47,423 nucleotides of DNA, taken from contig NC_069005.1 in assembly GCF_001194135.2 (NCBI RefSeq), forward strand, positions 14,303,965 to 14,351,387, written 5' to 3'. The stretch comes from Octopus bimaculoides (lineage: Eukaryota). Every line of letters begins with the position of its first letter. Positions within the stretch are counted from its first letter, which is position 1. This document shows positions 47,382 through 47,423 of the stretch, piece after piece. A program made the position numbers and the translations under genes. Below the pieces are notes generated by a model. That model did not search any database. It saw only the letters and a program-made list of their open reading frames with translations, and was not told the origin of the DNA.

Positions 47382-47423
<42 letters not shown>
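47331..47423. repeat. (ATT)n - CTAAGGCTTT - (AAT)n inverted trinucleotide arrays
   Basis: Directly visible; runs to the window end. Confidence 0.95.

Overview
This is eukaryotic, repeat-saturated, AT-rich DNA. It has 13 N-gaps (about 4.4 kb in total) and abundant CA/TA/GA/ATT microsatellites. The SINE families and microsatellite style suggest an octopus-like (coleoid cephalopod) genome, which is an inference. I find no host protein-coding exon: every recognisable ORF is a transposable-element remnant, and the other ORF-track entries arise from microsatellites or N-runs. Contents: five mariner remnants, two hAT (Buster/Charlie-type) transposase pseudogenes, one Tigger/pogo pseudogene, Tx1/L1-like ORF1 and ORF2 pieces, the 5' part of an R4/Dong-like LINE, a Helitron-like STPR-repeat fragment, solo LTRs, many tRNA-derived SINEs and several Penelope-like elements (PLEs). 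The best observation is a precisely delimitable PLE insertion (36167-38285) that splits a Tigger ORF. Its 3' repeat combines a tRNA-like Pol III head with a minimal hammerhead ribozyme, and its inverted 5' repeat folds back exactly on the ribozyme ACGT palindrome next to the predicted cleavage site. Also notable: further degenerate hammerheads, a 25-bp minisatellite amplified from a mariner's own C-terminal codons, a fold-back mariner built from two 5' ends, and an isolated perfect 20-bp hairpin. These are interesting TE-level structures. The sequence alone does not establish a new biological system.
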